Of a DNA stretch of 64,000 bases, positions 1 to 17,858 are shown piece after piece (within the stretch, counting starts at the first letter, position 1; every line of letters starts with the position of its first letter). The notes under the pieces were generated by a model. The model was not told where the DNA came from, ran no database searches, and was given only the letters and a program-made list of their open reading frames with translations. Position numbers and translations under genes: made by a program. The stretch is from the human T2T-CHM13v2.0 reference genome, Homo sapiens. The stretch lies in assembly GCF_009914755.1 (NCBI RefSeq), contig NC_060938.1. The stretch is one strand, 5' to 3'.

Positions 1-544
1 CAGCAGTTTTCTGACCCGCCCTGGACTGGGTGCTTCGGAGCTGTTTCCACCTCTGCTGGAAATGGATGTGGCAACATCATGAGAGATGCGGGGTAGGCAT
101 AAGCTAGGACTTCCCTGTGGCTGAGGCAATTTAGTACTGGAGTGCATAGAAGTATCCTTGGTCTAGACTTATTAGTTACCTAGGGACCATGGCCAATACC
201 AGCATTTTATTTTTCCATATCTGCATACAGCTTGTATTTTAAAAAATGCGAAATATTTAAGACCTAAGACAAAGTGTAAAAAATAATTCAGTGATCACCC
301 TCATGATCATTGCCCAATTTCAAAAATAATACCTTACCCATGCAGTTGTAGCCTATGGGTACTTCTTTCCTGACTCCAGCCTTCTTTCTGTATAACCAGA
401 ATTAAGCAGTATTTTGGATTCATTGTTTATCATTCCCATGCAACAAAGCCAAATGTCCTTCACCCAGAACAGCTGTAAAGCAGCTTTCCAGAAACAGAAG
501 AGATTTTATGTCTGTCATTAAGGTGGGAATGGGACAGCACCCAG

Positions 545-1006
545 GTGGTTCACAACCTGTCAGACAATCAGTCACCTGGGGAGCCTTATAAAGCACACAT
601 TCCTTGGTCCTGTACACTAAAGATTTATTGTCAGTGATTCTGAGGTAAGGCCTGGAAAGCCTCACTCTGGTGTCCAGGCTGGAGTATAGTGGCTTGATCA
701 TGGCTCACTGCATCACTGCATCCTCTACCTCTTGAGCTCAATTGATCCTCCCATCTTAGCCTCCCGAATAGCTGGGACTGCAGGCTTGCACCACCACACC
801 TGGCTAATTTTTGTATTTTTTGTAGAGACAAGGTTTCGCCATGTTACCCAGGCTGGTTTAGAACTCCTGAGCTCAAACATTCCCCCTGCTTCGGCCTCCC
901 AAAGTGCTGGGATTGTAAGCATGAGCCCTGCCAAAAGCCATATTTTTAATGAGTTCATCAGGTAGGCTCCTACTAATGGGTATCTCCAAGTTCGTGTTTT
1001 AGAAAC
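545..1006. mobile_element. MER5-like hAT-Charlie fragment interrupted by an Alu
   Basis: gtggttcacaacct...aatcagtcacctggggagcctt...aggcctggaaagc|Alu|catatttttaatgag...agaaac resembles MER5A. Confidence 0.55.
661..932 (-). mobile_element. Alu (J-like) lacking a poly(A) tail
   Basis: Antisense Alu dimer body with no T-tract at its left end. Confidence 0.9.
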
Positions 1007-1009
1007 TTA

Positions 1010-1357
1010 ATCTGCAAAGCAAGAGTGTTGAGAAGTAGGACCTTCAAGAGATAATTAGGTCATAAGGGCTCTGCCCTCATGAATGGAATAATGCTGTTAC
1101 CGTGGGAATGGGTTCATTTTGGGTACCTTCCCTCTCTCCCTCTCTGTCTCCACCCACAATCCCCACCCTTTCATGGGCTCTCTGACTCTTCTACCTTCCA
1201 TTATGGGATGACCTAGCAAGACGGCCCTTGCCAGATGCGGGTCTCTTGGTCATGGGCTTCCCAGCCTCTAGAACTATTTAAAACAATGTTTTGTTTTGTT
1301 TTTAAAAAGTGATCCAGTCTCAAGGATTTTGTTATAGAAGCACAAATGGATGAAGAT
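1010..1357 (+). mobile_element. MaLR LTR (MST/MLT1A-like)
   Basis: ttaggtcataagggctctgccctcatgaatgg...ttcccagcctctagaact...gttatagaagcacaaatgga. Confidence 0.7.
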
Positions 1358-1379
1358 GGCTTCTGCTGCACTGTACTTA

Positions 1380-1520
1380 GGGGTCTCTATTATCTCATTT
1401 AATTTTTACAGTAGCCCAATGAGGTAAATACCATTGTTATCATCCCTGTTTTACAGATGAAGAAACTGATGAACAGACGGATGGAGTGACTTGTTCAAGC
1501 GTCCACAGCTAGCAAGCGGG
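1380..1520. mobile_element. MIR fragment
   Basis: MIR core ttttacagatgaagaaactga...gacttgttcaag. Confidence 0.7.
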
Positions 1521-2560
1521 TGTACTAATTTCCTGTGATTGCCATAACAAATTACCACAAATTGGGTGGTTTAAGGCAATAGAAGTTTATTCTCCTACAT
1601 TTCTTAAGGCCAGAGGCCCAAAATCAAAGAACCCCCAGGACCATGCTGCTGGTGGGAAGCATTCTAGGGAAGAACCCTTCCTTGCCTTTTCTGGTGGCAC
1701 CAGGCATTCCTGTGGCTGCATCATTGCAATCTCTGCAATCTAAGCCTCTATCTCCTCTACCTTTTCTTTCTTTCTTTTTTTTTTTTTTTTTTTGAGATGG
1801 AGTCTTGCTCTGTCATCTAGACTGAAGTGCAATGGTGCGATCTTGGCTCACTGCAACCTCTGACCCCCGGGTTTAAGCGATTCCCCTGCCTCAGCCTCCC
1901 GAGTAGCTGGGATTACAGGTGCCTGCCACCTCATCCGGCTACAGGGGAATCAACTAATTTTTTGTATTTTTAGTAGAGACAGGGTTTCACCATGTTGGTC
2001 AGGCTGGTCTCGAACTCCTGACCTTGTGATCCACCTGCCTTGGCCTCCCAAAGTGAGCCGCCGTGCCTGGCCTACCTCTTGTTTTTAATAAGGACAACTG
2101 TCATTGGATTTAGGGTCCACCTGGGCAATCCAGGATGATCTCATCTTAAAAATTCTTTTTTTTTTTTTTTGAGACAGTCTGGCTCTGTTGCCTAGGCTGG
2201 AGTAGAGTGGTACAATCTCTTCTGCCTCCTGGGTTCAAGTGATTCTCCTGCCTCAGCCTCCCAAGTAGTTGGGATTACAGGCATGCATCATCATGCCTGG
2301 CTAATTTTTGTATTTTTTTGTAGAGACAGGGTTTCGCTGTGCTGGCCAGGCTGGTCTTCAACTCCTGGGCTCAAGTGATCTGCCTGCCTCAGCCTACCAA
2401 AGTGCTGAGATTATAGGCGTGAGCCACCATGCCCAGCTTCATCTTAAAAATTCTTAATTATATCTGCAAAGACCCTTTTTTCTGAATAAGGTTACAGTCA
2501 CAGATTCCAGGGGTAGAACATGGACATATTGTTTTGGGGGCCACCATTCAACCCACTACA
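1521..2560 (-). mobile_element. MLT1 LTR split by two antisense Alus (1763-2072, 2156-2437)
   Basis: tgtactaatttcctgtgattgccataacaaattaccac...ccaccattcaacccactaca; the second Alu has TSD tcatcttaaaaattctt. Confidence 0.8.
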
Positions 2561-3399
2561 GGAACTTAGAATTAATGCCAAATGGTGCAGCTCCTCAGGC
2601 TGTGCCTGTAACCACTCTACTCCCCGGCTCACTAATCTGGACTGGATGAGCTCCCAGGGTTCCTCCAGGCCAATGGTCCATACAGCATGGGGTTCTGTGT
2701 TGTATCAGGGCATCAGAGCCATCTGTCAAGCCTCGAGACATCAGTGTTTTTTTCTCTACCTCTCTCCCATCCCCTCAGCCCTCTGCAATTTTTCCTGAAA
2801 CCCTTTGGGCTGTTCATCTTGGACTCAGAAAATTCCCATGTATTAACATGTTGACAAAGTTAGGCTGCAGGTGCTGTGAGGACAGACTCATACTGGCTTG
2901 GATGAGATGTGTTTCTCTTGCCTCAGTGGCCACAGCTCCAAAATGGGAATTGCTGGAATAGCAGGGCTAGATGGAAGGCTGTAATATAACTAATAAAATT
3001 GACGGAAGGCACTCCGCAGCCGTAAGGGTGATCGAGATGCTTGTTAACAGCAGTAATAATCTAATAGCCTGTTCTTGATTTCCCACTTCTCACTGTCTTG
3101 GCCCCAAGCAGCTATTTTCTGCCAAATTAAAATCCACTCAGCTCTCTTCCTGTCCCTGAATAAAACTACTCTCAAAGCTCTTGCCTGTTACAGCAAGACT
3201 TTTTAATAGACTTTTCCCTGTAGAACCGTGAGACATATGTCCAATTAGCCGAATAACTTCACTTAAATATACAAATAAACTGTTGACTGATAACAGCAAG
3301 ACATATGTGAAGCTAATTTAAGGCAAGGTGGTTCAGGAACTGGGGTGCTGTCCCTCCCACAGCCCCAATCTGTCTTTAAGCTTCTCTTCCCTCCAATCT

Positions 3400-4260
<861 letters not shown>

Positions 4261-4653
4261 GGCAGGGCCGGCCATGTGATTACGAGGACTAGTGCAAAAT
4301 GAAAATGCTGGGCTCTGGCTGGGCGTGGGAAAGCCTCCCTTCCCATGGCCCTGCTGCCCCAACCTTCAAAGGATGGGCAGGTTCCGGGAAATGGCAAGCT
4401 GTGTGCTGGGGCGAGCTCAGGATCTGGATGGGGGTGGGTGAGAGGTGCCTGCCAAGCTGTGTGCTCAGCTTGCTGTGGCTGTTCTAGTTTAGGATGGGGC
4501 TGGATAACATGTGGCACCTGTGTGACCCCAACCCTCCCCGTGCCTGTGTCAAGGCCACCTGCAGGGTGGAGAGCAGTGCACAATGCAGGCCTCCCCTTCC
4601 CGGTGCACTGCTTGCAGAGAGCAGCAGTGATGGCAGGTAGAAGTAGGGAGATG

Positions 4654-5062
<409 letters not shown>

Positions 5063-5157
5063 TCACTTCCAAAACACAAATTCAAAAATTTCAAATTCAA
5101 GAATAGCGTGAACCAGGGAGGTGGAGGTGGCAGCTACTAATACAGTAGCTTCCTATG

Positions 5158-6093
<936 letters not shown>

Positions 6094-6540
6094 TTAAACC
6101 ACACACTCAGGCCTTCCCAAGTGCAGGGCAGCTGCATGCCCTTGAAGCCAGCCCTGGAGAGGGAAACTGCAAGCCTAAAAGCCCCGATGTGGCAATGAGC
6201 TTGGCTCACTGAAGGACATGGAGGGAGGCCCGAGTGATAGACTAGAGTGAACGATAGGGCATGTGGTACAAAATGAGACGAGAGAGACTGGCACAGGTCA
6301 ACGGAACAACACGGAACCCCATGCTGTATGGACCACTGGCCTGGAGGAACCCTGGGAGCTCAGGTCAAGAACACAGGGCCTCCTACGTGACAGTGAAGAG
6401 TTAGGAACAGCAGGCTGGGATCTGCTATTGGATCTTTAGGGGAAAAAAAACTCTATATAAAAAATTTCAAATGTAATTAAAAAGTGTGGAGAATAATAGG
6501 CTGAACCCCTATACCTGGCACCTAGATCTGAAATTTGCCA

Positions 6541-7119
<579 letters not shown>

Positions 7120-7441
7120 ATTTGCCATAATTCTTTCATTATTATTATTATTTTTTTTGCTGACAAATTTAAGCAAATTATAGAAATCATGGCATGTCAC
7201 CTGTAATTTCAGTGTGCATCTCTAAAAACTGATATTTTTCTAAGTTATCATGTGATTATCTCAGCTAATGATATTAACAGGAGTTCTTTAATTTCATCTA
7301 ATTTCTATGTGTGTTCACTTGTCCGCCAAATGTGCTGCCTGTTGGTCTTCACATTGTCCCTGAGCTTTGTGCCTATTTTAGCTGTCTCTCTGAGGTTAGA
7401 GTGAGGCCTTCTTCCCTGTATCTTTCAGGGTATTTTTTTTT

Positions 7442-7500
7442 TTCCTTCCTTCCTTCCTTCCTTCCTTCCTTCCTTCCTTCCTTCCTTCCTTCCTTCCTTC
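7442..7500. repeat. (TTCC)n / (GGAA)n microsatellite, ~14 perfect units
   Basis: Direct reading; derived from the tail of the adjacent Alu. Confidence 0.95.
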
Positions 7501-7544
7501 ATTTCCTCCCTCCCTCCTTCCCTTCCTCCCTTCCTTCCTTTCTA

Positions 7545-8180
7545 TTTTTTTTTGTTTGTTTGTGATGGAGTCTCACTCTGTCACCCAGGCTGGAGTGCAG
7601 TGGCACAATCTTGCAATCTCCGTCTCCTGGGTTCAAGCAAATCTCCTGCCTCAGCCTCCAGAGCAGCTGGGATTACAGGCATGCACCACCACGCCCAGCT
7701 AATTTTTGTATTTTTAGTAGAGACAGGTTTCACCATGTTGGCCAGGCTTGTCTTGAACTGCTGACCTCAAGTGATCCACCTGCCTTGGCCTCCCAAAGTG
7801 CTGGGTTTACAGGTGTGAGCCACTGTGCCTGGTTGAGGGTATTTTTTCTTTTTCTTTTCTTTTCTTTTCTTTTCTTTCTTTCTTTTTTTTTTTTTTAAGA
7901 CTAGGTCTTTTTCTGTCATCCAGGCTGGAATGCTGTGGCTGAAACATGGCTCACTGCATCCTCCACCTCCTGGGTTCAAATGATTCTCCTGCCTCAGCCT
8001 CCTGAGTAGCTGGGATCACAGGTGTGTGCCACTACTCCTAACTAATTAAAAAATTTTTTTTGTAGACATGGGGTCTTACTAAGTTGCCCAGGCTGGTCTC
8101 AAACTCCTGGCTTCAAGTGATTCTCCCATCTCAGAATCTCAAAATGCTGGGATCACAGGCGTGAGTAACCTTGTCTGGCC
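7545..8180 (-). mobile_element. Two antisense Alus (7545-7833, 7845-8180)
   Basis: Alu consensus; TSD agggtatttttt around the first. Confidence 0.9.
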
Positions 8181-9049
8181 AGAGTTTTGTTTTCTATTCT
8201 TTCCCACCAGCCCCCAAGAGCCCCAGGCTTTGAGGAAATGAAAAAGACTCCTGTCCCACATTCAGGCCTGTGGCCTGAGCAAGCATGGTGGGGAAGGGAA
8301 GCAGGCTGGCTGCTGCATTCTGCTCGCGGCCTAACACTTGTTTTTCTTGACTGTAATTGCCATTCCAGAGATGCCCTCACTCTTCTAGCCGCTGAACAAC
8401 TGTTGAGAACAAATTAATTATGCATCTTCTCAGTGTGTGTGATTAAGGGGCAGATGGAGGGAAGGGTCCTCTTCAGCTTTTCTGGCAACTGGGTTCCCAA
8501 ATGGATGCTTTCCAGACCAAAGAGTACATGTCCTGGGCTCCTGTGGGCATCTGGGTTTGTCTGTGTGATGGCAGACTTGCTCACTGGCAGGCAGAGTCAC
8601 AAGTTGCCAGTAATAATATTATTAATCCCTTAAATTTGCAGCCCATTTGCTGTTTGCTGAGGGCTTGCACAGTCACATCAGCTCATTTGTTGGGATTTCA
8701 GGGATGCTGGAACAACTTTCTTTGCTTAATTCTTCCCTAAATCATTATTGATGCTTGTAATTCCACCATTAGAAAGTAATTCCTTTCGCTTAAACTCTGT
8801 TCTCTATTAAAATGCAAGTATCCTTGGCAGCTGTGTTGTATGTTTTATTCATTAAGCTTTCTTAGCCACTAGCAACTGCCCTCTCCAGATACCCCCATCT
8901 GCCACCTTCCTTTTAGGATGGGCTTCTCTGAAACAGAACTTACATTTGGAAACTGTCCCATTTCATAGAAATCTGCTCTAGGTTAGTTGCTCTGGCTGGA
9001 AAGAGACAGGTAAAGAAACTCCTGCCAGGATGTGAATGACTGATCATAA

Positions 9050-9369
9050 TTTCTTTCTTTCTTTTTTTTTTCTGGAGACAGAGTCTCACTCTGTTGCTCA
9101 GGCTGGAGTGCAGTGATGTGATCTCCCCTTACTGCAACCTCTGCCTGGAGGTTCAAGCAATTGGGTTCAAGCAATTCTTGTGCTTCAACTTCCCAAGTAG
9201 CTGGGACTACAAGCGCACACCACCATGCCTGGCGAATTATTTTTGTATATTACTAGAGACAGGGTTTCACCATGTTGGCCAGGATGATCTTGATCTCCTG
9301 ACCACGTGTTCCAACCACCTCGACCTCCCAAAGTGCTGGGATTACAGATGTGAGCCACCACGCCTGGCC
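9050..9369 (-). mobile_element. Alu
   Basis: TSD tgatcataatttctt. Confidence 0.9.
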
Positions 9370-10009
9370 TGATCATAATTTCTTATGTTACCACCTCTAG
9401 GGAAGATTCTTATTTTGACTGGAACCTTCTGGAAACAGTGCTCAATGCAAAGGAACCGGTGTCCCTTCATCCTATCATGTCAGTGGCGTTGGTCTTAGCT
9501 CTCCCCCCTGTTGGACTCCCTTAGAGAGGCAGTGTGGGGAGCCGGCCCCGTCAGGTCCACCAAGAGCAGACTCGGTCTGTGTAACTCAGATTGGGCATTG
9601 GCCTGGAGTGTAGTTCATTGGGACAGGGGAGAAAATGGAGCTGACCACATAGATGATGGTGTGACAGACTGTCCATCTTGCAGAAGGAAGACTGAGGCAT
9701 AGAGACAATAATCTACTTGGAGTTGGGGCTAGAATTAAAATTTTGTCTTTAGAACCCCAGTAACAGTTATAGGTTTTTAAGAGTCAGAAGACACCTTAGA
9801 AACATCTAGCTCTGGGAAAGCAAAGGCATTTCATTTGCAAACTCCACTTGATTAGTAGTGGTTGTCTGAGTGCAGGTTGGAGAATAGGCAAGTCGTCACC
9901 TGGACTCAGAGTGCGTGCTGTGGTTGATTAGTGATGTCTGATGTGTGCCACGGGCACAGTAACAAAGGAGAGGCGCATATGCACTCACTTCCTATTCCTG
10001 ACCCTGCTC

Positions 10010-10400
10010 AACTTCTCAATTTACAGATGAGCTGAGGCCCAACAAGCTGAGATGATTTGTTCAGGATTGCATAAGTAGGGGCAGTAATTGGCAGAATTGT
10101 CCCAGAATCCAGGTCCCTTGAGTCTTGATTCAAAACTTTTTCTTCTGAATTATACTGGTATTCTAAGAGGTATTTCATTATGGTCTTGGAGTTAGACTGC
10201 CGGGATTCAGATCCCAGCTCTGCCACTAATAAGCTGTGTGGCCTTAGCCAAGCCATTTAACCTTTCTGAGCCTTAACTTCATCTTTAAAAGAGAGGATAA
10301 TAATTATGCCTACCATAAATGAGAAAATACATGTATAAAGGGTTCAGAGTAGGGCCTAACACATAGTAAATACTTAATCCATGATAGTAGCTCAATTAAA
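10010..10400. mobile_element. MIR fragments
   Basis: tttacagatga...; cccagctctgccact...agctgtgtggcctt...ctctgagcct core. Confidence 0.7.
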
Positions 10401-10406
10401 ATGTTC

Positions 10407-10713
<307 letters not shown>

Positions 10714-12276
10714 AAAATGTTCCTTTTTAAATTGCTTTATCTTTCTAGATTCTTGGTGGACACAGACACAAAATCATCCCCTGCTCACTCCCTCTGCAGT
10801 ATCCCTCAGAGTTGCCTGTCAGAAATACCTGCTTCTCTTTCTTTTCCATGGTATGCTCTGGAATCATTTGGGTTTGAAGTGCTCCTGGAATTTGCAATTT
10901 CATAATGAAAAGTCCCACAGTACTAATAACCAGGTGTGAGATGGTGCTGGATCTGTAACTACCTGTGGCTCTGGGGCAGCTTTTGCTATCGTACTTCACA
11001 CTCCAGAAGTTCATTTTGGTTTGGGTGTGTGATGCAGCTCTGGAGGCTTGGCTGTGGTTCCCCAAGAACCAGCTGCCAAATGGGGCCTCTCTTGGCCATT
11101 TTGCTTAGTTGCTCCTCTGACCAGAACATCACTATAGTATCTCCTTCCGACCATCTCTGCTCCCCTAAGCCAGTGTATCTTCTCCCACCTACCCTGAACC
11201 TCGTTCTTAGACTGGACTTCAATAGCCAGCTGGTGCCACCACCGTCTTCTCACAGCTGCCTCTCCTATAGGCTTAGAAAGCAGGGCCTAGTCAAAGCCTA
11301 GACCCAAAGCTATGCTATGGTCCTCTCCCCATCTTAATCCAGCCATGCAGGACCCTGGGTAACAGTTCCCTTTGGGTGACCCTGAGGGGGACCCAGGGAA
11401 GCCTTGAGAAGCAGTCAGAGTCCATGACTGTCCTGGAAGCCAGGCCTGGTGTGATGGGGCTTTGAGCTGACCCCTGCATGATTCAAGACAGGACTGTGGA
11501 GGGCTTTCTGGGTGTCTTGTGATGGGCAGGTGGCTCTCATTGAGTGAATCATCTGTGATTCCACATCCTGACTGGTTTTTGGGAAAAACCCCTGTTCTGG
11601 ATCCTCCAACAGAGACCCTCTAGTGATCTGCCCAGCTGATCCCTGCTGAGAAAGGGCAGAGTGGGGGCTGGTGGGAAGGAGGCCTTCCCACTGGGGAACG
11701 GTCAAGTCATTGTCCCTGACATTGGAAAGCTCTGTTGCTCTGGGTCTCTCACTGGGTCCCAGACTCGTTTGGTTGCAACCTGGCCATGTCTAGGGTTGCT
11801 CCCCTGCTTTTTCTTCTGTGGACCCGAAGCGGAGAAGCTGATCATATCCATGGAGCTGCTGCATGGGCAGAAGCCCCATCTTCTCCAAGAGAGGCTCAGA
11901 CAAAAAGAGGATTTTGAGCCACACTGGGTGAAAGGAACTCCTTGCTCTGCCCTTCATCCTGGGATTGTGGAAGGCAGTAACATCACTTGTGAGAGGGGAG
12001 AGGCGTGGCACGGAGAATGGGTCAAGTCAGGACTAGGAGGAGGTGAAGGGAGGCAGGCTTGGGTCCAGGCTGAGAGGATTTTTCGCAGGTGAAAAGGAGA
12101 GTGGTGTGGTGAGATTATGGAGATGCTATGCAAGGGCCTGGGGGCAGGGGATGGCACAGGAGAGAGCTGATAACTGTGGTTGGAGGGTAGAGAGTGAGGT
12201 GGGGAGTGTAAGAGATGAAGCCGCAGGACAGCTGGGCTGCCTTGTATGGGCCTGTCAGGAGTTTAAACTTCATACC

Positions 12277-12585
12277 AGGCTGGGCGCTGTGGCCTACACC
12301 TGTAATCCCAGCACTTTGGGAGGCTGAGGTGGGTGGATCACTTGAGGTCAGGCGTTCGAGATCAGCCTGGCCAACATGGCAAAACCCCATCTTTACTAAA
12401 ATACAAAAATTAGCTGGACGTGGTGGCAGGCGCCTGTAGTCCCAGCTACACAGAAGACTGAGGCAAGAGAATTGCTTGAACCCAGGAGGTGGAGGTTGCA
12501 GTGAGCTGAGATCCTGCTACTGCCCTCCAGCCTGGGTGATGGAGTGGGACTGTCTCAAACAAACAAAAAACCCCACAAAAAACCC
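12277..12585 (+). mobile_element. AluS
   Basis: TSD acttcatacca. Confidence 0.9.
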
Positions 12586-13049
12586 ACTTCATACCAGGGC
12601 CAGTGAGGCAGTGAGGACCTTTGAAGGGTTATCGTTGAAGATTGTTTCCCTTTTCCCACTGTGGCCAGTGTGCTGCCCTTCCTGGCCCTGCCTTGTTGGG
12701 CTGCACAGTCCTCTAGTGTGGCCCAGTTGCTGTCATCAGAGACCCCATGCTTCTAGGGCTTCCCTGGCTTCCTTCTCACAATGATTCCCAATCTGTTTCT
12801 ATAACGAGGCCTTCCAGATCCCCCTGTGTGTTCATGAATTTGTTCCCAATCTCAGAGTTTGTTTTCTGGCTTACTGGAACAGTTCCCGGGAGCCCAGACG
12901 TGGCCAGAGCCATGGTGGCCGTGTGGCCTAACCCTGAGACTTAGCTGGGGCTCAGCTGGGGACCAGGGTGGGTGGGTGTTGTGAGGAACCGGGGAGGGCA
13001 ACACTGAGGGCCCCATAGTGGGTAGTGGCCACCTGGATGTTTTTCTTCT

Positions 13050-13186
13050 TCTTTTAAAAATTTTTTAAAATAAATAGAGATGGGGGTCTCATTTTGCTGA
13101 CCAGGCTGGTCTCGAACTCCTGGCCTCAAGCAGTCCTCCTATCTTGGCTTCCCAAAGTGCTTGGATTACAGGCATGAGCCCCGGCC
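13050..13186 (-). mobile_element. FLAM / Alu monomer
   Basis: Left-arm monomer; TSD tggatgtttttcttct. Confidence 0.8.
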
Positions 13187-13447
13187 TGGATGTTTTTCTT
13201 CTCACTTACAAGGAATGTGTAATGGTGTGGATGGGCAGCAGAGTGTAGAGAAAGACAGATGTTTTGCAATTAGAGGGCAATGTTTCAAACCCTGAATCTA
13301 CTATTTACTGGCTGAGTAAGCTTGGTAAGACCTCTAACTTTTTGGAGCCCAAGTTCTTGCATCCGTGCAATGAGGAGAATGATAGTACCTATCTCAAGGG
13401 CTTTTACCTGGGTCAGGTGAGATAATGTGTGTGAAAGACTTCATGCA

Positions 13448-14362
<915 letters not shown>

Positions 14363-15513
14363 AACTGGTACTCTCTAATTTACCTTTGATTCTTCTTTGC
14401 CCTATGAGTTCTTTAGAACGGTGTTATTTAGTTTTCTTTCTTTTTTTTGAGATAGGGTCTCGCTTTGTTGCTGAGGCTGGAGTGCAGTGACATGATCATG
14501 GCTCACTACAACCTTGACCTCCGGGGCTCAAGCAGTACTTCCACCTTTCAGCCACTCAAGTAGCTGGGACTACAGGCATATGCCACCATGCCTGGCTAAT
14601 TTTTCTTCATTTTTATTTTTTGTAAAGATGGGCTCTCATTATGTTGCCCAGGCTGCTCTCGAACTCCTGGCCTCAGGTGATCCTTCCAGCTCAGCCTCCC
14701 TAAGTGCTAGGATTACAGGCATGAGCCACTGAGCCCGGCCTTGGTTTTCAAATATTTGGGAATTTTCCAGAGATTTCTTGGTTATTGATTTATACTTTGG
14801 TTCCATTGTGGTCAGAGAAAATATTTTATACATTTTGATCCTTTTAAATTTACTGAGATCTGCTTTATGACTCAGAATGTGGTCTGTCAGCTGCATGTGG
14901 TGGCTCATGCCCATAATCCCAGTGCTTTGGAAGGCTGAGGCAGAAGGATCATTTGAGGCCAGGAGATTGAGACCAGCCTGGGCAACATAGTGAGACCAGC
15001 CTGGGCAACATAGTGAGACCCTGACTCAACAAAAAATTTTAAAAAATTACCTGGGTGTGGTGGTGTGTGCCTGTAGTCTCAGCTACTGGGGAGGCCAAAA
15101 CAGGAAACTCCCTTGAGGCCAAGAGTTCAAGGCTGCAGTAAACAATGATGGTGTCACTATACTTCAGCCTAGGAGACACAGTAAAACCTTGTCTCAAAAA
15201 ACAAACAGAAAGAATATGGTCTCTCTTGGCAAATGTTCCTCTTATACTTGAAAATAATGTATATTCTGCTGTTGTTGGACAGTGTTCTATAAATGCCAGT
15301 TCAGATTGGTTGATAGTGTTCAAGTCTTTTATATCCTAACTCATTTTCTATCTATTTGTTATATCATGTATTGAGAAGATATTGAAATCTCTGCCTATAA
15401 TGTGGATTTTTCTGTTTCTCTTTGCAGTTTCATTAGTTTTTTTACGTCATGTATTTCGAAGCTGTTATTGGGTGCATAAATGTTTAGGATGGTATATCCT
15501 CTTGATGGATTGA

Positions 15514-15879
<366 letters not shown>

Positions 15880-15969
15880 TGATCCGCCTGCCTTGGCCTC
15901 CCAAGGTGCTGGGATTACAGGTGTGAGCCACCACACCCGGCCCGATGTATCTTTTTTTTTATCCTTCTA

Positions 15970-16046
15970 TTGGGTTGGTGCAAAAGTAATCAGTTTTTGC
16001 CATTACTTTTAATGAAGACAGCTATTACTTTTGCATCAACTCCGTA
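15970..16046. mobile_element. MADE1 mariner MITE
   Basis: TIRs ggttggtgcaaaagtaat ... attacttttgcatcaac. Confidence 0.9.
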
Positions 16047-16076
16047 CATTTAACCTATTTGTGTTTTTATATTTGA

Positions 16077-16341
<265 letters not shown>

Positions 16342-16994
16342 TGATCTGTCCACTTTGGCCTCCCAAAGTGCTGGGATTACAGCTGTGAGCCACTGCGCCT
16401 GGCCATATTTGGGTCTTTTTAAGAGTAGTTTGACAATCTCTTACTTTTACTTAGGGTGTTTAGGGATAGTTGATAAGGTTGGATTTATGTCTTTGTTCTA
16501 GTTATTCGTTTTCTGTTTGTCCTATTTGTTCTTCATTCCTGTTTCCTTTATCACGCCTTCTTTTGGATTGGGTATTTTTCATGGTTGTATTTTACCTCCT
16601 TTGTTGGTTTATGAGTTATAATTCTTTTTGTTACTTTAATGATTGCTTTAGTTTATAGTATACATCTTGTCAGTCTATATTTAAGTGATATTATAGTACT
16701 TCAAAGAGTATAAGAATCTTAAAATCGTATACTTTCATTGCTTCTGAAGTTTTATGCTATTGATGTAATACATGCTTTTATGTTATAAACACCACATTAC
16801 ATTGTTAATAATTTGGTTAAGCAATCATTTGTCTTTTAAAGAGATATAAAATATAAAAAAGTTCTTGTATATTTACTCATAAAGTTGCTATTTCTGGTCT
16901 CTCTGTTCCCTTATATAGATTCATATTTTTATCTGGTTTCATTTTTCTTCTGCCTGATGAAGGCTCTTTATTATTTATGTATTTATTTATTTAA

Positions 16995-17195
<201 letters not shown>

Positions 17196-17225
17196 TAGGC
17201 TGGTCTCAAACTCCTGACCTCGTGA

Positions 17226-17369
<144 letters not shown>

Positions 17370-17638
17370 TGAAAAATTTTCTTTGCTGGGTTTAGAATTC
17401 TTTGTTTTCAGAGATGTTGCTATACTAACTTCTGCTCATATTGTTTCCAGTGAAAAATCTGCCATCATTCGTATCTTTATTCTTCTGTCTGTATCTTTTT
17501 TCTCTGTATAAATTGTTTAAAAATATTATGTAGCTTTCTTCATGTTTCTTGTGCTTGGGGCTTGTTGAGGTCCTTGAATTTATTAGTTTATACATTTAAA
17601 AAAAATCAAATTTGAAAAAATTTCAGCCATTATTTCTT

Positions 17639-17641
<3 letters not shown>

Positions 17642-17681
<40 letters not shown>
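17642..17681. repeat. (AT)~20 microsatellite
   Basis: Direct reading. Confidence 0.95.
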
Positions 17682-17683
<2 letters not shown>

Positions 17684-17852
17684 CACTCCTCATCTCTTCT
17701 CCTTTGGGGACTTCAACTACATATTTACTAGGCTGCTTGAATTTGTTCCACAGTTCACTGATGTTCTTTTCAGTAAGAAAAAATTATTTTTACTTCTATG
17801 TGTTTCATTCTGAATAGTTTCTATTGCCAGGTTTTCAAGTTCACTAATCTTT

Positions 17853-17858
<6 letters not shown>

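Noticed and set aside
14639-15323. L1 endonuclease-like peptides as an active gene
   Set aside because: Fragmented by Alus and frameshifts; a dead L1 relic.
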